The notes below the pieces were generated by a model, which was given only the letters and a program-made list of their open reading frames with translations, searched no databases and was not told the origin of the DNA. The translations under genes were made by a program, and so were the position numbers. Shown here one piece after another: positions 52,667-64,000 of a stretch of 64,000 nt of DNA; position 1 is the stretch's first letter, and every line of letters begins with the position of its first letter. Source of the stretch: Lepidodermella squamata (taxonomy: Eukaryota; Animalia; Gastrotricha); contig JBLDXI010000017.1 in assembly GCA_047495785.1 (NCBI GenBank), positions 2,852,001 through 2,916,000 on the forward strand, written 5' to 3'.

Positions 52667-55600
52667 ACCGAAAAAAATGACTATTTTCGTGTTTGTGAAC
52701 TCATTAAAATATCTCTAGGCTGTGTATAAAACGATGTAGATCGAAGTCTGCCCGGTGCGATATGACTGAACTCTGCATAGATAGATCGTAAGACAAGGCG
52801 GACGATAAACTCATTAACTTGCCGGCATTCTAATTTTAGCTGCGGTGGTATTGGTACCTGTTGTTGTTGACATTTACGAGAGCGTTATATTTTTCTTTGA
52901 GAAAACTTGCAATTTTTGCTATCAAACTGCTTCGTCGTCTGTTATCCAAAAGTGTTCGTGGAAATTCGGGTCGTTTTTTGGCAGAACTTATTTCTCTCAC
53001 GTGTATTTATTCTTCTCCATTTCCGAATGATTCGCAACTCTCAACTCGGTATTAGATTCTAGCGTCGTCTCTAGTTATCGTCTCCTTAGCAGCAAGGTCT
53101 CTTTCTGCAGTACATATTCAACTCTAAAATTCTGGTTTGATTCAAAATTGATGAAATTTCCTATTTTTTACTGTGAACTTGAACGGTTGTTACATCAACT
53201 CACCCATATCACTTCACGTTTTTATGGTATGTTATATATTCTTCGGTTGAAAATTGCTGATATCGATGAACTTAATTTGCAAAATTTACGTTCTGCTTGT
53301 TGGTACGTCTAAAATATGGAGAAGCAATTTCCCTCACCATCAAATGCTGCTTTTCATCAACGGTTTGTTTTCGCTTCGCGTTCGAATCGAAAACGGATCT
53401 TTGTGAAGTGACTTTATTTCACGAATTTTTTGCTGTTTCGTTCATTGAACCAGAGACGTAAATCGCTACTGTATACTCTGAAGGAACTCTTTATCCTGTA
53501 TATAAAAGAAAGAATATATGCTATTTTTCTGAAAGTTAAACCCATGCGGTCGGCGCGAGAATATGATGATGGTTTATAAATTTTCTGAAAAAAAAATAAA
53601 TTCTATTTTGAGGAATTAAAAAAACAGGTCTTTTTCTAGCTCTTGTCCCTTGGCAAATCAGCTGCATCTTGATTATAAGTGATATTGGAGAGAGACACGT
53701 GTGAAAATTTCTCAACAGTCACCTTATTTGCTTAAATACAGGAAAGTAAGAAAACAGCAACAAAAACAACGTTGGATCGCGGAAAAACAGAGACTATATT
53801 TTATAAGCCCAGTTTTTACATAAAATTGTTTTGCGCCGCAAAGTCGCGTTATCCTCAGGTAGTTGGTCTTTTTGCGTCTACAAGTAGTAAGAGATATATA
53901 CGCTTGCCGAGTTTAATAAAACAACATCGTTAACGGCTATTTGTCTTAGCGTTTATTTGCCGCTCGTGCGCTCAGAAACCTGACTGCTGGAACCGACAGA
54001 TGATGGCGATAATTGCCGCTGGCGTTGGAATAACTTTCGTTTGGCAGGAATATATGATGTAAAACAAGAAGCCTTTTTGGCAAAACGAAACAAAAATATT
54101 AGTCGTGGTTAAGACGATGTTGTTATTACGCCACGGTAATGCGCTTTATTCGCCAAAAAGTTTCCCCGCAGTCGTCGTCTCGCTTCACGAGCCGTTGTAC
54201 GTTTTTACGACGCCGATTGTTGTACTAAACATGTTTGTACTTCTGCTGCTGATGATGATGATATACAGCAAGGTATACATCTAAACCAAGATAAAACTAA
54301 TAAAATACACAATATATATTCGACTCGAGATGGCTGCTGTGCGCTGTGTGCCGCGTGTATCAAGGCGTCGCGCTGGCCACCAGGGCTGCTTTCAGGAAAC
54401 AACGATTGTTTTTCGTGGTTTGACTCAGCGGCCGCGAGTGTTTAATGCATTGTTATTCGTATCATTACTTATTGCCTGTGATGCGCTGCTTGCGATGATG
54501 ACAAAACGGCAGCCGCAAGTGTGAACACAGAATTATTGGCACTCGAAAGCGGCGCGCTCATCTTCTGGCGTCGCCGCAAATAACTGAAAATTCCCGCTCA
54601 TATACCCTTTTATGTATATTCCATTTACTAATAAACCCTATCAAAGCTATCGCCATCATCAACGCGACACCTTTAGTATGGCTATCGATATCTTCGGCTG
54701 CGAGTGCAATACCGAGAACTAGGTCGTTTTTTCACATTTATTGTTTTTTTTTTATAAATCGAGACTGCTGACCAGTTGCTATTTTGCACTTTAATTGCAG
54801 TGCTCGATGGGAAAAGAGATAAATTTCTATTGCCGGATATTAATAATTTTTGCGTGTGAAAGCCCTTGTTCTGTGCGCTTGTTGTTTTTTCGGTATGGCA
54901 GCCGAGAGTAATTTGCACCTGCATTACATATTAAGGCCGTGTGCCTAGGTGCGAGAAGTGCGATAAATAATCCCTGATGTAACAATATTTAAAATATATT
55001 AGCAAAATTAAGAATTTGCCGCTATAGTATCTTTTATCGCCACCCTAAATAGGATAAACAAAAAACATGTGGTCTACTGTAATAGCCGCTCGAATTATAT
55101 GCGCATCGAGGCTATTATTAACGCGCGCGTGTTATCATATCATCGTTATATGAGCGCATTTTTTCGAATCAAAGGTTTTCACCATCACAATAGCCACCGC
55201 AACACCTCATTTGTATGCTACCCGGCTATAGATGAGGTGTCGAATTAGCTAGCCAACGCATCAATGCTCCGATGATGATGATGATGATGAGTATAATGAG
55301 ATGTTTTTTGCTGTTTTGTTGTTTGAAAATTTCAAGTCTCGTGAGCGGTGAAAAGGTGAAATTTAATTTTTTGCCTGTGTTTGTTTGCGTGTTGTTATTC
55401 TATTATTTTTATATATGCTCAACCTCTTGAAATTCGTGAAAAATATACACACATTCCCGTATAAGACTCAAAGAAAGTTATTTTTGTCGCGCTCTCCAAT
55501 TGCGGTGAGCGGTGTGACATGCAATCTTGTTAAGACAAACATCCTCACGGCCAAGTCTTATCTGTTTCTTTGCTATACAGGAAATCGCATTATACATGTT

Positions 55601-57780
55601 TCATTAGTTTCGGGTCAGTAATTCGCTCGCACCGCAACCTGTGCGGTGGTGGTGAGTTACAGATTCCAGCGTAAAAACTTGTCGATGTCGCAATGCGTGT
55701 GTGTGTGTGTGTAGCTGAACTCGCGTCGCACCAGAGCCGCATGTTTTGCGGGAATTATTGCGCGATGATGAGCGAAAACTTGGTTCCATCAACCGTTAAT
55801 TCAACGCGCATCATCTTAACTAGGGAACCGAAATTCATAATCTCGGCGTGTATGTTTTATTTCGCAACGAGCGCGCGGAACGTGACCCGGCCACTGCCTG
55901 GTTCAAGAAATCGACTGGCTGGCGCCTTTTTCAGCCGCTAGCTCCAGCTAAAAGCTGGTACGCGCGGGTCATGCATGAGTTTGCAAAGAGCTTTTCGCAC
56001 TGAAAATTTTATTACACCTCACGCCAGCAACAACATTAGTGTTATTATTAAGAAAAATTTATTACCCACTCCAGACTGATGCAGCTGTGTTTTATACATC
56101 GCCAGTCATTATTTATGCAAACCACCTTGTTCTGCGGCTGTCGTCAACACTTCTTGGCGACTCGGTGTGATCTTAGTACCCCTAGTCCGGGTTCATCATA
56201 TTATCGTGGCGCTGTTCACTTATTTCGCCGCTGCTGCTCACATTTTGTAGCAGCGGGCGACGCGAAATCACACGGCTGGGCATCAATTTCCTGGAGCTTT
56301 TATTGCTTTATTTGACAACCGTGATCGGCTTGCGGTCAACTGCCGGGCATGTGAGCGCGGCCGTTTGTCGCCATCCTCATCATTGAAATCACTTGAAGGG
56401 CGCGAAGTCGCATTGCGCAAGGCGCCAACAAACCAGCTGAGGTGTGAGGAGAAGCCTTGTTGCCCACTCCACAGTGTGTTGCTATGCGCAAGTGCCAGAT
56501 CGATGGCAACACCCGCGTATAGGCCGCAGGGCAGATGGCAACCATTAGCGCAGACAAGGCGACTTCTTAAGGCAGACAGTAATACACCACTCAGACTTGT
56601 CTCATCATGTAATATTATTGTTGTTTGGTCTTATTAAATATGTGTGTCAAATGTAGTTATAACTAGCCGCGCCTGATTCTATCTATACGATGATGGCCGC
56701 GATACACTTCTCGCACGAGGCCTCACTTGCTTCAATCGTAATAAATAATTTTATTATTGACGTCTTAATAAACGCTTAGGGCCGACCCAGCGTTAGGCTT
56801 AAATTATTTCGCTATAACAAATCTACTGCACTTGTTTGATTTTGTGTTCGATGTTTATTTCTCGTAGGATTTTTGACCAGAGTTGCGTTTGACTTTTTTC
56901 CCGATGAAGTCACGTTTGACATGATCTCATCAGCGCGTGCGGTGAGACGCGCCGCCGCAACCTCGGCTGATCACTTCGTTAGAGGAGGCTAGTTGGCCGG
57001 CGCCTTTGTCGCGCCGCGGCGACGGCGTCTCACTTGGCGCGTTCGCTATATAGCTCATCCGCCCGAGTATACGTATAGCACGGCGCCGAAATTGAATTGC
57101 GAATTTCACGCGCTCTTACAATATATATAACGCTGATAATAGCGCATGTATTTACAATAACATACAGAACGACTATATGTTATTGCCATTATTATTAGCA
57201 GCAACCTATAACAAACCTCGCCGGCTCTCATCTCGTGCTGTGTTCTTTCAGCTTCATGGCCGGCGAACACGCACACATTTGATTAAGCGGACACGCGCAA
57301 CGGCTCGTTTTCAATAGACACTTCGCCAGGGATTCGATGGCGAGGAAAAATTCCCGTCCCTTGGCGCGTCGCGCCTGTTCGTTGTTTTACTAAAACATCA
57401 TCGTGTTATGTATTTTGTCGATTTTGTAAAAATCGCCGCCGTCAACAACACCAACAGTGGCAACAGCGTGCCCGGCCAAGCGGCGAGTTTTTCATCTACA
57501 TAAAACGCGCTCAGCACGCGCGAAATCTGATACATACTTATTATCAGCAACAGCATCACGGTCGAGCTGCCGATGATATTTGTGCGGATGATTATTGAGA
57601 TGGCCGTGATTTGTTGTTTGTTTGCTGACTAAAACAAATTTCTTACGTTCTTCTTCTTCTTCGTTTTCGGCCCCCCGCGAAATTTCAATAACGTTAAAAC
57701 ATGCGCGCGATGCAAGGCGGCGCACTTTCAACCGACTAATTTTCTTATTAGCCAGATTTTATTATTTATTTTTCTGCGGC

Positions 57781-57836
57781 CGCGCAATTCAATTTGCGCG
57801 TGTGCGCGCAATTCAATTTGCGCGTGTGCGCACAAT
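57781..57836. repeat. 24-bp tandem repeat (~2.3 copies), each unit partly palindromic
   Basis: CGCGCAATTCAATTTGCGCGTGTG twice plus a partial third copy. Confidence 0.85.
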
Positions 57837-58161
57837 TTTTTACTGTGCGCGACTTTTCTGCCTCGGTGATTTCGCCAGCAGCACACCCACCATCGTCACC
57901 GTGCGTTGGGTAAATAAAATAACTGGATGGCAAGGCGACCGATGAACAACAACAAATCTTCTCCATTTCCTAATTTTCACTGGTCATCGCCACGCCGCCA
58001 GAAGCGCGCGTGGACACTTCGCACTTGTTGTTATTTTTTGATAAATAATTATATATATTTTTTCATCATCAATATATAGGCGAATTTTTGTTTTGATTTA
58101 CGACGGCGAAGCGCGTTGACATATCGCGAGGAACGAAATAATGAACTAATCAAGAACCATC

Positions 58162-60956
58162 ATGTCGACGAGCTGTGATCTCGTAATTCCTGTTGGCCTT
58201 CTGTTGTCCTTGTTGCTGGCTGTTGTTCGGGGCGCGGCTCCAATTAACGGGCCCTCCGATGCGTCCTTGTTATCACCTGGGGCGTCAGGCGCTAATAAAG
58301 ACAACGTCGCAGCAGCTACGCCGGCCATGCCCGAATGCGAGCCGTAAGTTCGACGAACAATTGACTACTAATTCCGAGTGATTTTGGCCAATTATCTTCC
58401 GTTTACACAGGTATTACATAGCTGGCGTCTATACAGCCGTATGCATGAGACGCAGATTGGCTCACGTACCACGCAACCTCATGACATCCATTCAAGTAAT
58501 GGACGCCAGTAATAACGAATTAGCCGCGCTTCGCGACGGCGAATTTCGGACTTATCCGTGGCTTAAGGAAATCTACCTCCAAGACAACAAGTACAATTAT
58601 TTATTATTTTGGATTATAAAACGCTAATGATGATTGTAACAATAATAATAATAGGATTCGACACATCGGGCGCAACGCCTTCGCCAATCTTAGCCGTCTG
58701 CATACGTTGGTGCTAACCTCAAATGACCTGTCGCAAATCGATGGCGACGTGTTCCGGCCGCTGACGTCATTGCGCGTGCTGCGGCTGAGCAACAACCCAC
58801 TGAGGGTGCTGAGACGTGATACCTTTAAATATCTGCGAAATCTAGTCGAACTGCGCCTCGAGTCGTGCCTGCTCACTAAAATTGAACCTGGTACTCTGCG
58901 GCCGTTCATCGGAAGCCTCGAAATTCTGAGCGTCGCATATAATCAAGTAAAAATTATAGAATATAATGAAAATGAAAAGAAATTAAAAAATTTAAGGAGG
59001 CATTTTTAACTTATGCTTATTTTTCCAGCTTACGATATTCACCGCTGATGTAACGCTGCCATCTTCTACAACCACGAATTCGGGAGTTGCGCTGAAAGAA
59101 ATTCATCTCTACGGCAATCCTTGGCACTGCAATTGCCAGATGCGGCTGTTACGGCTGTTGTTGAGCGAAAGCCCTGACGTGACTTTCAATTTTGGAAGTG
59201 ACCTCAAAACACCTACGTGCTACACTCCAGCGAGTCTATCCGGCCAAATGTGGTCGCGAATTCCGCCTGACCGTTTCGGCTGTGAACCCGTCGTCACTGG
59301 CGCAAATATGCCAGCCCTACCTCAAACTGGCTCAAACATAACCCTTCTGTGCTCATTTGCCGCCGATCCTTCGCCATCATTTAGATGGTTTAAGGACGGC
59401 ATTCCGGTTTCTGATGTTGAAACCGCAACTGAGCCAACAAACGCTCTGTCGAATATTTTCCGAGGCCGAGTTCGGCAGAAGGATCGAAAACTATCCGCTC
59501 ACAATTTTACCTCACGCCTAGATCTTCTTGATGTAACAAGCGAATGTGAGTTTCCCCACGACTTTTCAACAGAAACCTATGAAAATTATTTCTTTTAGTT
59601 TCTGGAATTTATGAATGCGTGGCTGAGAATACGGCTGGATTGTCGAGATCCAAGTTCCAAATCAGAGTGCGCAATGCCGATGGTCGCATTGAACCTATGC
59701 CAATTAACGATGCCGAGATCAGCGCTGGCCTGCTGACCTCTCTCGTCGCAAATGAAGCGAACCGATCGCCGGCAACTCGGCTAATAATTGTCGCCGGTGT
59801 GGTCGGAACTGTCGTCATTATATTCCTTTTAACTGCCATGGCCGTTTATTTCTGCTTCTGCCGGCGCCGCTCGCAAAAAGAGAGCAGTGCAGTTGCGATT
59901 TTGCGAAAAATCGAAGCGAAACGGTTAGCGCTGAGTTCAAACCACGAGGCGACGTTGAGCATGAGGAAGAATATCCTATCCAACAGTTCGTCGATCCATT
60001 CGCATATTCGTAATTCACACCTGGACGGCAGTAGTGAAGACCACGTGAAACTGACTGAAGTTTACCCATCGCATCTAGCGGCTAATTCGCCGAGTTCGGA
60101 AGAAAGCAGCGGGGCGTGCGGTGGTAAGCGGGAAAGTTCCAACTCGACCGTTGTAACTAACGACCGATCTAACAAATCGAGCCCGGACAACAGTACGTCC
60201 GGGCATCGGGTCGAGCACCTTAGCGATGAATTGGACGAAGCTCTAGCTGTCGTCACGCCGCTGTGCTACTACGGCGGGGCTGAGCCGAGTGGGAAAAGTA
60301 CTGATAGTGGCAATAACAGTGGCGATAGTCCGCAGCAAGATCACGAGCCGACGATTCAAGATCTAGCTATGGCTCAATCTGCAGCATTCAAAACCTACAG
60401 CGAGTATCTTAGCCTGACCCTACCGAAAATGGTCCATTCACCGCGAGGCTATACAGGTGGCGCGAATACAATACGGCCAGAGCGGGGTGGCGGGCTGCTT
60501 CAAGCCACCCTATGCCGGCAATTGCCTATTCTAAGCGCGTACGGCTACGTCGAACAGGTCGAGCCGCAAAAACCGAGTCATCCTCCGAAAGTTTCGCTCA
60601 ATGACCTCAGCGACCTTGATTTGAGCGACATCGACAGCGCCTCTCAAGTCGGAGGTATGATGCTTTCTCAGGAGCATGCCCGCCTCGCCTTGGCCTACCA
60701 ACAACAGCAGCAGCAACTGCAGAATGGAAGGCGGCAGCAGCGCTATGCCGGCGATTTGCATCACTCGGTTTTCCTCCCAGCGCCGATGACCTTTTCGTCA
60801 AATGGCGGCGGCGGCGGTGGTGTTATGTCAAAGTCAACCCAGCACCAGCCGCAACTTCACCAGCTCGGTACCAATGGCAATCTTGTACATTTTTTAGATG
60901 AACCTGCGCCTAAAATTGGTGGCGCCGGCGCTTCGTCCGCTGATACTTCCGTATGA
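58162..60956 (+). CDS. Kekkon-like LRR-Ig single-pass membrane protein
   Basis: Exons approx. 58162-58343, 58411-58590, 58655-58947, 59029-59545, 59599-60956. Signal peptide, 7 LRRs (IQVMDASNN..LVELRLESC..LKEIHLYGNPWHCNC), one Ig (GSNITLLC..FRWFKDG..GIYECVAENTAG), TM helix, Ser-rich tail ending DTSV (class I PDZ ligand). Confidence 0.85.
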
Positions 60957-62009
60957 CAACGCGGAATTTGTACATTTTCCTATCATTTTTTGGTATTATC
61001 ATGTAAAACGCAAATCAAGAAATTCCACTATAGGTACAACATATGTTTTAATTGTTTTGTGCGATGATAAGAAATAACGATGATCGCGTTTTTATAAAAT
61101 GTGTGCCGGTTTTTCTCGCGCCACTTTTCGACGATCATGATTGTTGCTGATTGATGATTGAAAGTATTGATATCAGTGTGCTCTGGCGTTCTATAATTTA
61201 TTGCGTAGCCGTTTTATTGCTTTATATTGTTTATCGAGGCCGTTTTGAGAAACCAGAGAGAGGACGACGTTTCATGATTTATGCGCATTTTTTCTCACAA
61301 ATGTTGGCTACATTTCCATACTTTGATCAGCAGCTATTTGTTTTTGCTGTCATGAGTATATTTCGATGAAAGAGAAAGTTTGAAAATTGAAATAAAAATT
61401 GAAAATATTGTGCAACAATTGTTTTGTAAAAAGTGTTTTTCCGGCCGTGCACCGGGTAAAACCCGCCCCAATTTTTTATACACACGCATTTGCAGCAGAT
61501 TTGGTAGCAGGAAATTTCCAAACGAAGTATTAGCCTTAATTGTTCAACTTTTTTGCATTCTTTTTAGGTTTTGGTATAAGCCATTTTTTCAGGGCAAAGC
61601 CTGTGGGAATTGTAAAAATTTCCACGGCATAACACTTCACGATCATGAGCGCGGATGATTGTAATGGATGCGCTGGATTAACATGACCCGATGGGCAACT
61701 GTTTTGAAGGCGTGTTTAGCGCTCATTTTTTTGTAAATAAATAGATTATGAATGAAAAATGGAAATTTTTTCAACACCAGCAAGCCTCTATTTATACCGC
61801 AAATTAGCGCGCGGGAATAACTATGGACTCACATCGCAGCTGTTAACATCCGATGTATATTGCCAGCTATACTTTAAAAAAAACAAAAACGATGTAATGC
61901 ACTGATGTTGACTGACGATAGCCCGCGCGCGAAAGCCTATCGAAACGTGGCGCGCCATGATTCCTGTTTCGCCTAAGGTCCATATGCGTTTTAATTGCTT
62001 TGGAGAAAA

Positions 62010-63958
62010 ATGACCTCAAAAGAGTCTGCTGCGCTTGTGGTCATCCTAGCTCTGATATGCTCTCCAGTGAATGGGCATCAAATGCTGTCTGCCCGTAATC
62101 CTACCAGTCGCGAATTACCCAAACGCCAGACAAACGCTTTTCACTCGACCAAGGGACTCAATTTAGGAGGATCCATGGCTTCGTCAACTGAGCCCACACT
62201 CTCAGATTCTGCGGAACCTTCATCACGGGAAACCAGGAAAAGCAGACGAGACCCAAGGAATGCCAACCAAAAACTGCTTCAAATGCTGTTCAGCAATTAT
62301 ATCAAGGTATAATTATGATTTTGAAGATGGTAGTTTCCTATAAAATTTTATTTTATTCACAGGAAGCTATGCCGGATAGGTATACGTTGCGTTCGAACGA
62401 GAATACTGTGCTAAAAAGTAGTTATTTTAGGCCAGTTATTGTTCACTTCGATATACTACTGTTGAAACTCAAAGCATCGGTTCGTATTCCTTGCAATCAT
62501 GAATACTTTTGAACTGTCAGGATTTCTAGGTCGAGAAAGAAGGAATATTCGAAAGCGTAGTGGGACTATTTATTGTGAGTTGGTCTTTGCTGAACGTTTT
62601 CGCTAAATTTATTATTTATTCCTATTTCCATTTTTAGGAATGGATTGACGAACGGTAAATCTTAACCGATTTCGAGCATCATTGATGAAAGTATTATAGG
62701 ATGAGCTGGGATCCGGAAGATTTTGACAATCTGACTGTACTGTCGTTTGATGCGAGTATAAGCCATTAATCTTAAAAAAATTGCGCTTAAAAATCTGTGA
62801 TTTTTAGATCAGATATGGCTGCCAGACATAGCGGTATGATTTTATTTACTTTTATCCTGACACTATGCATAATTGTCGCATTTCGCTCTATTTTATGCCT
62901 TACAATTCTAGATGACAAATTCAGGTAAGATTTGAAGTTCGCGTTTATCTGTCGCGAAATTTCTTTTTTTTTGGATAGCTGATCACCTTTACGCCATTAG
63001 TCGGGACACGAGATTCATTGTCAGAGTGACTTCTGAAGGTCGTTTCAAATTCGTTCCCACTGGTACAGCTCGAACATGGTGCGGTGAGTGCATTCAGGCA
63101 ACAATTCCTACTTACAACTTCAATATTCATGTATCCGTTAGATTTGAAACTGCTGACCTTTCCTTTTGATTTTCAAACTGTACGTAACAAATTTTCAATA
63201 TTTCCAAAGACTTCTCCAATTCATTATTTTATTACAGTGCACTTTGGAGTTCGAAAGGTTCGAAATCCGTCTAGTTTGACATGCAAATTTGTTTAACTGG
63301 CATCTGCCTTCATTTTTCAGCTGGTCAATGAACACTTCAATGATGACAGTAAGATCTATCCAGTTCGATGCTCAGTTTTTGCTATTTTCCTCTAATTTAG
63401 TTCGACGGTGGCAGCCGACTCTTGCTAGACACCCATTTTTCGTCTACCGAGTGGTCTCTTTGCCAATATCAATCTGTGGTACGTCCAAACTTTGGCGACA
63501 TTATCGCTTTATACTTTGCAATCCTTTGTCATGAAGACCTACGACCACACCTACGAATTCACGAATGAAACGTTCAATCGAGTTGAATTCGAATTCATCG
63601 TTAAGAGAAAAAGTTGGTTTCTCATAAAAAAATATTAGATTGCGGCCTAATCAATTTCAATTCTAGGCACTTTTTACGTTATAAATCTAATTTTTCCCGT
63701 GAGTTTTACGCCAAAGACTGTTAAAATGTAGTTAATTCTACATTATATTTTAGTGTGCAACGCTGTCATTCATTCAGCTTATGGTTTTCCTAATTTCGAG
63801 CACAGGTACAATTTTGGATAAAGTGAAATTGGAGAACTATTCAATCTTTTCCCTTCTTTTTTTCTTTGCTTGTAGACACCACAGTGGATCGGATTGGATT
63901 CGCCACAACCAATCTTCTCACTCTTGTCGTCTTTCAGACCATCGTTACTGCCGAAATG
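62010..63958 (+). CDS. Cys-loop ligand-gated ion channel subunit (nAChR-like, non-alpha), 5' part; continues past window end
   Basis: Spliced reading: signal peptide..LFSNY..RPV..EWIDERMSWDPEDF..IWLPDIA..C-DLKLLTFPFDFQT-C (C-x13-C Cys-loop)..SW..EWSL..VKRK..FYVINLIFPC (M1)..VDRIGFATTNLLTLVVFQ (M2), assembled from about 17 small exons. Confidence 0.88.
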
Positions 63959-64000
63959 GTAACGATATAACTTCGATTGCAATAATGAATAAAAGGGTAA

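Noticed and set aside
55202-55240. Hairpin ACACCTCAT...ATGAGGTGT
   Set aside because: About 14-bp stem in 39 nt, too short for a pre-miRNA, and it does not extend.
55271-55290. (GAT)n and other short microsatellites such as (CT)n and (TG)n
   Set aside because: Short, ordinary simple repeats.

Overview
Eukaryotic (invertebrate animal) genomic DNA with mostly ~45-75 nt GT-AG introns; the species cannot be named from the sequence. Left to right: the 5' part of a WDR62/MAPKBP1 gene (- strand, runs off the left edge); an orphan secreted 8-Cys peptide; a tightly packed + strand trio SEM1/DSS1, RNF141 and CCT4; four PGAP4/TMEM246 paralogs with a tRNA-Phe(GAA) among them; AK7 and RAB1 head-to-head; groucho/TLE; three tandem divergent nuclear receptors; a Kekkon-like LRR-Ig receptor; and the 5' part of an extremely intron-dense Cys-loop ion channel (runs off the right edge). 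The most unusual locus is the nuclear receptor (NR) cluster at 39.4-52.7 kb. Two receptors carry 73-aa and 53-aa low-complexity insertions in the D-box of zinc finger 2, which is normally about 5 aa, and have a CEACKA P-box. The third has, in its last intron, an ~890-bp TIR element with a target-site duplication that appears to carry a decayed NR DNA-binding domain. Exon structures were read by eye and no database searches were run.
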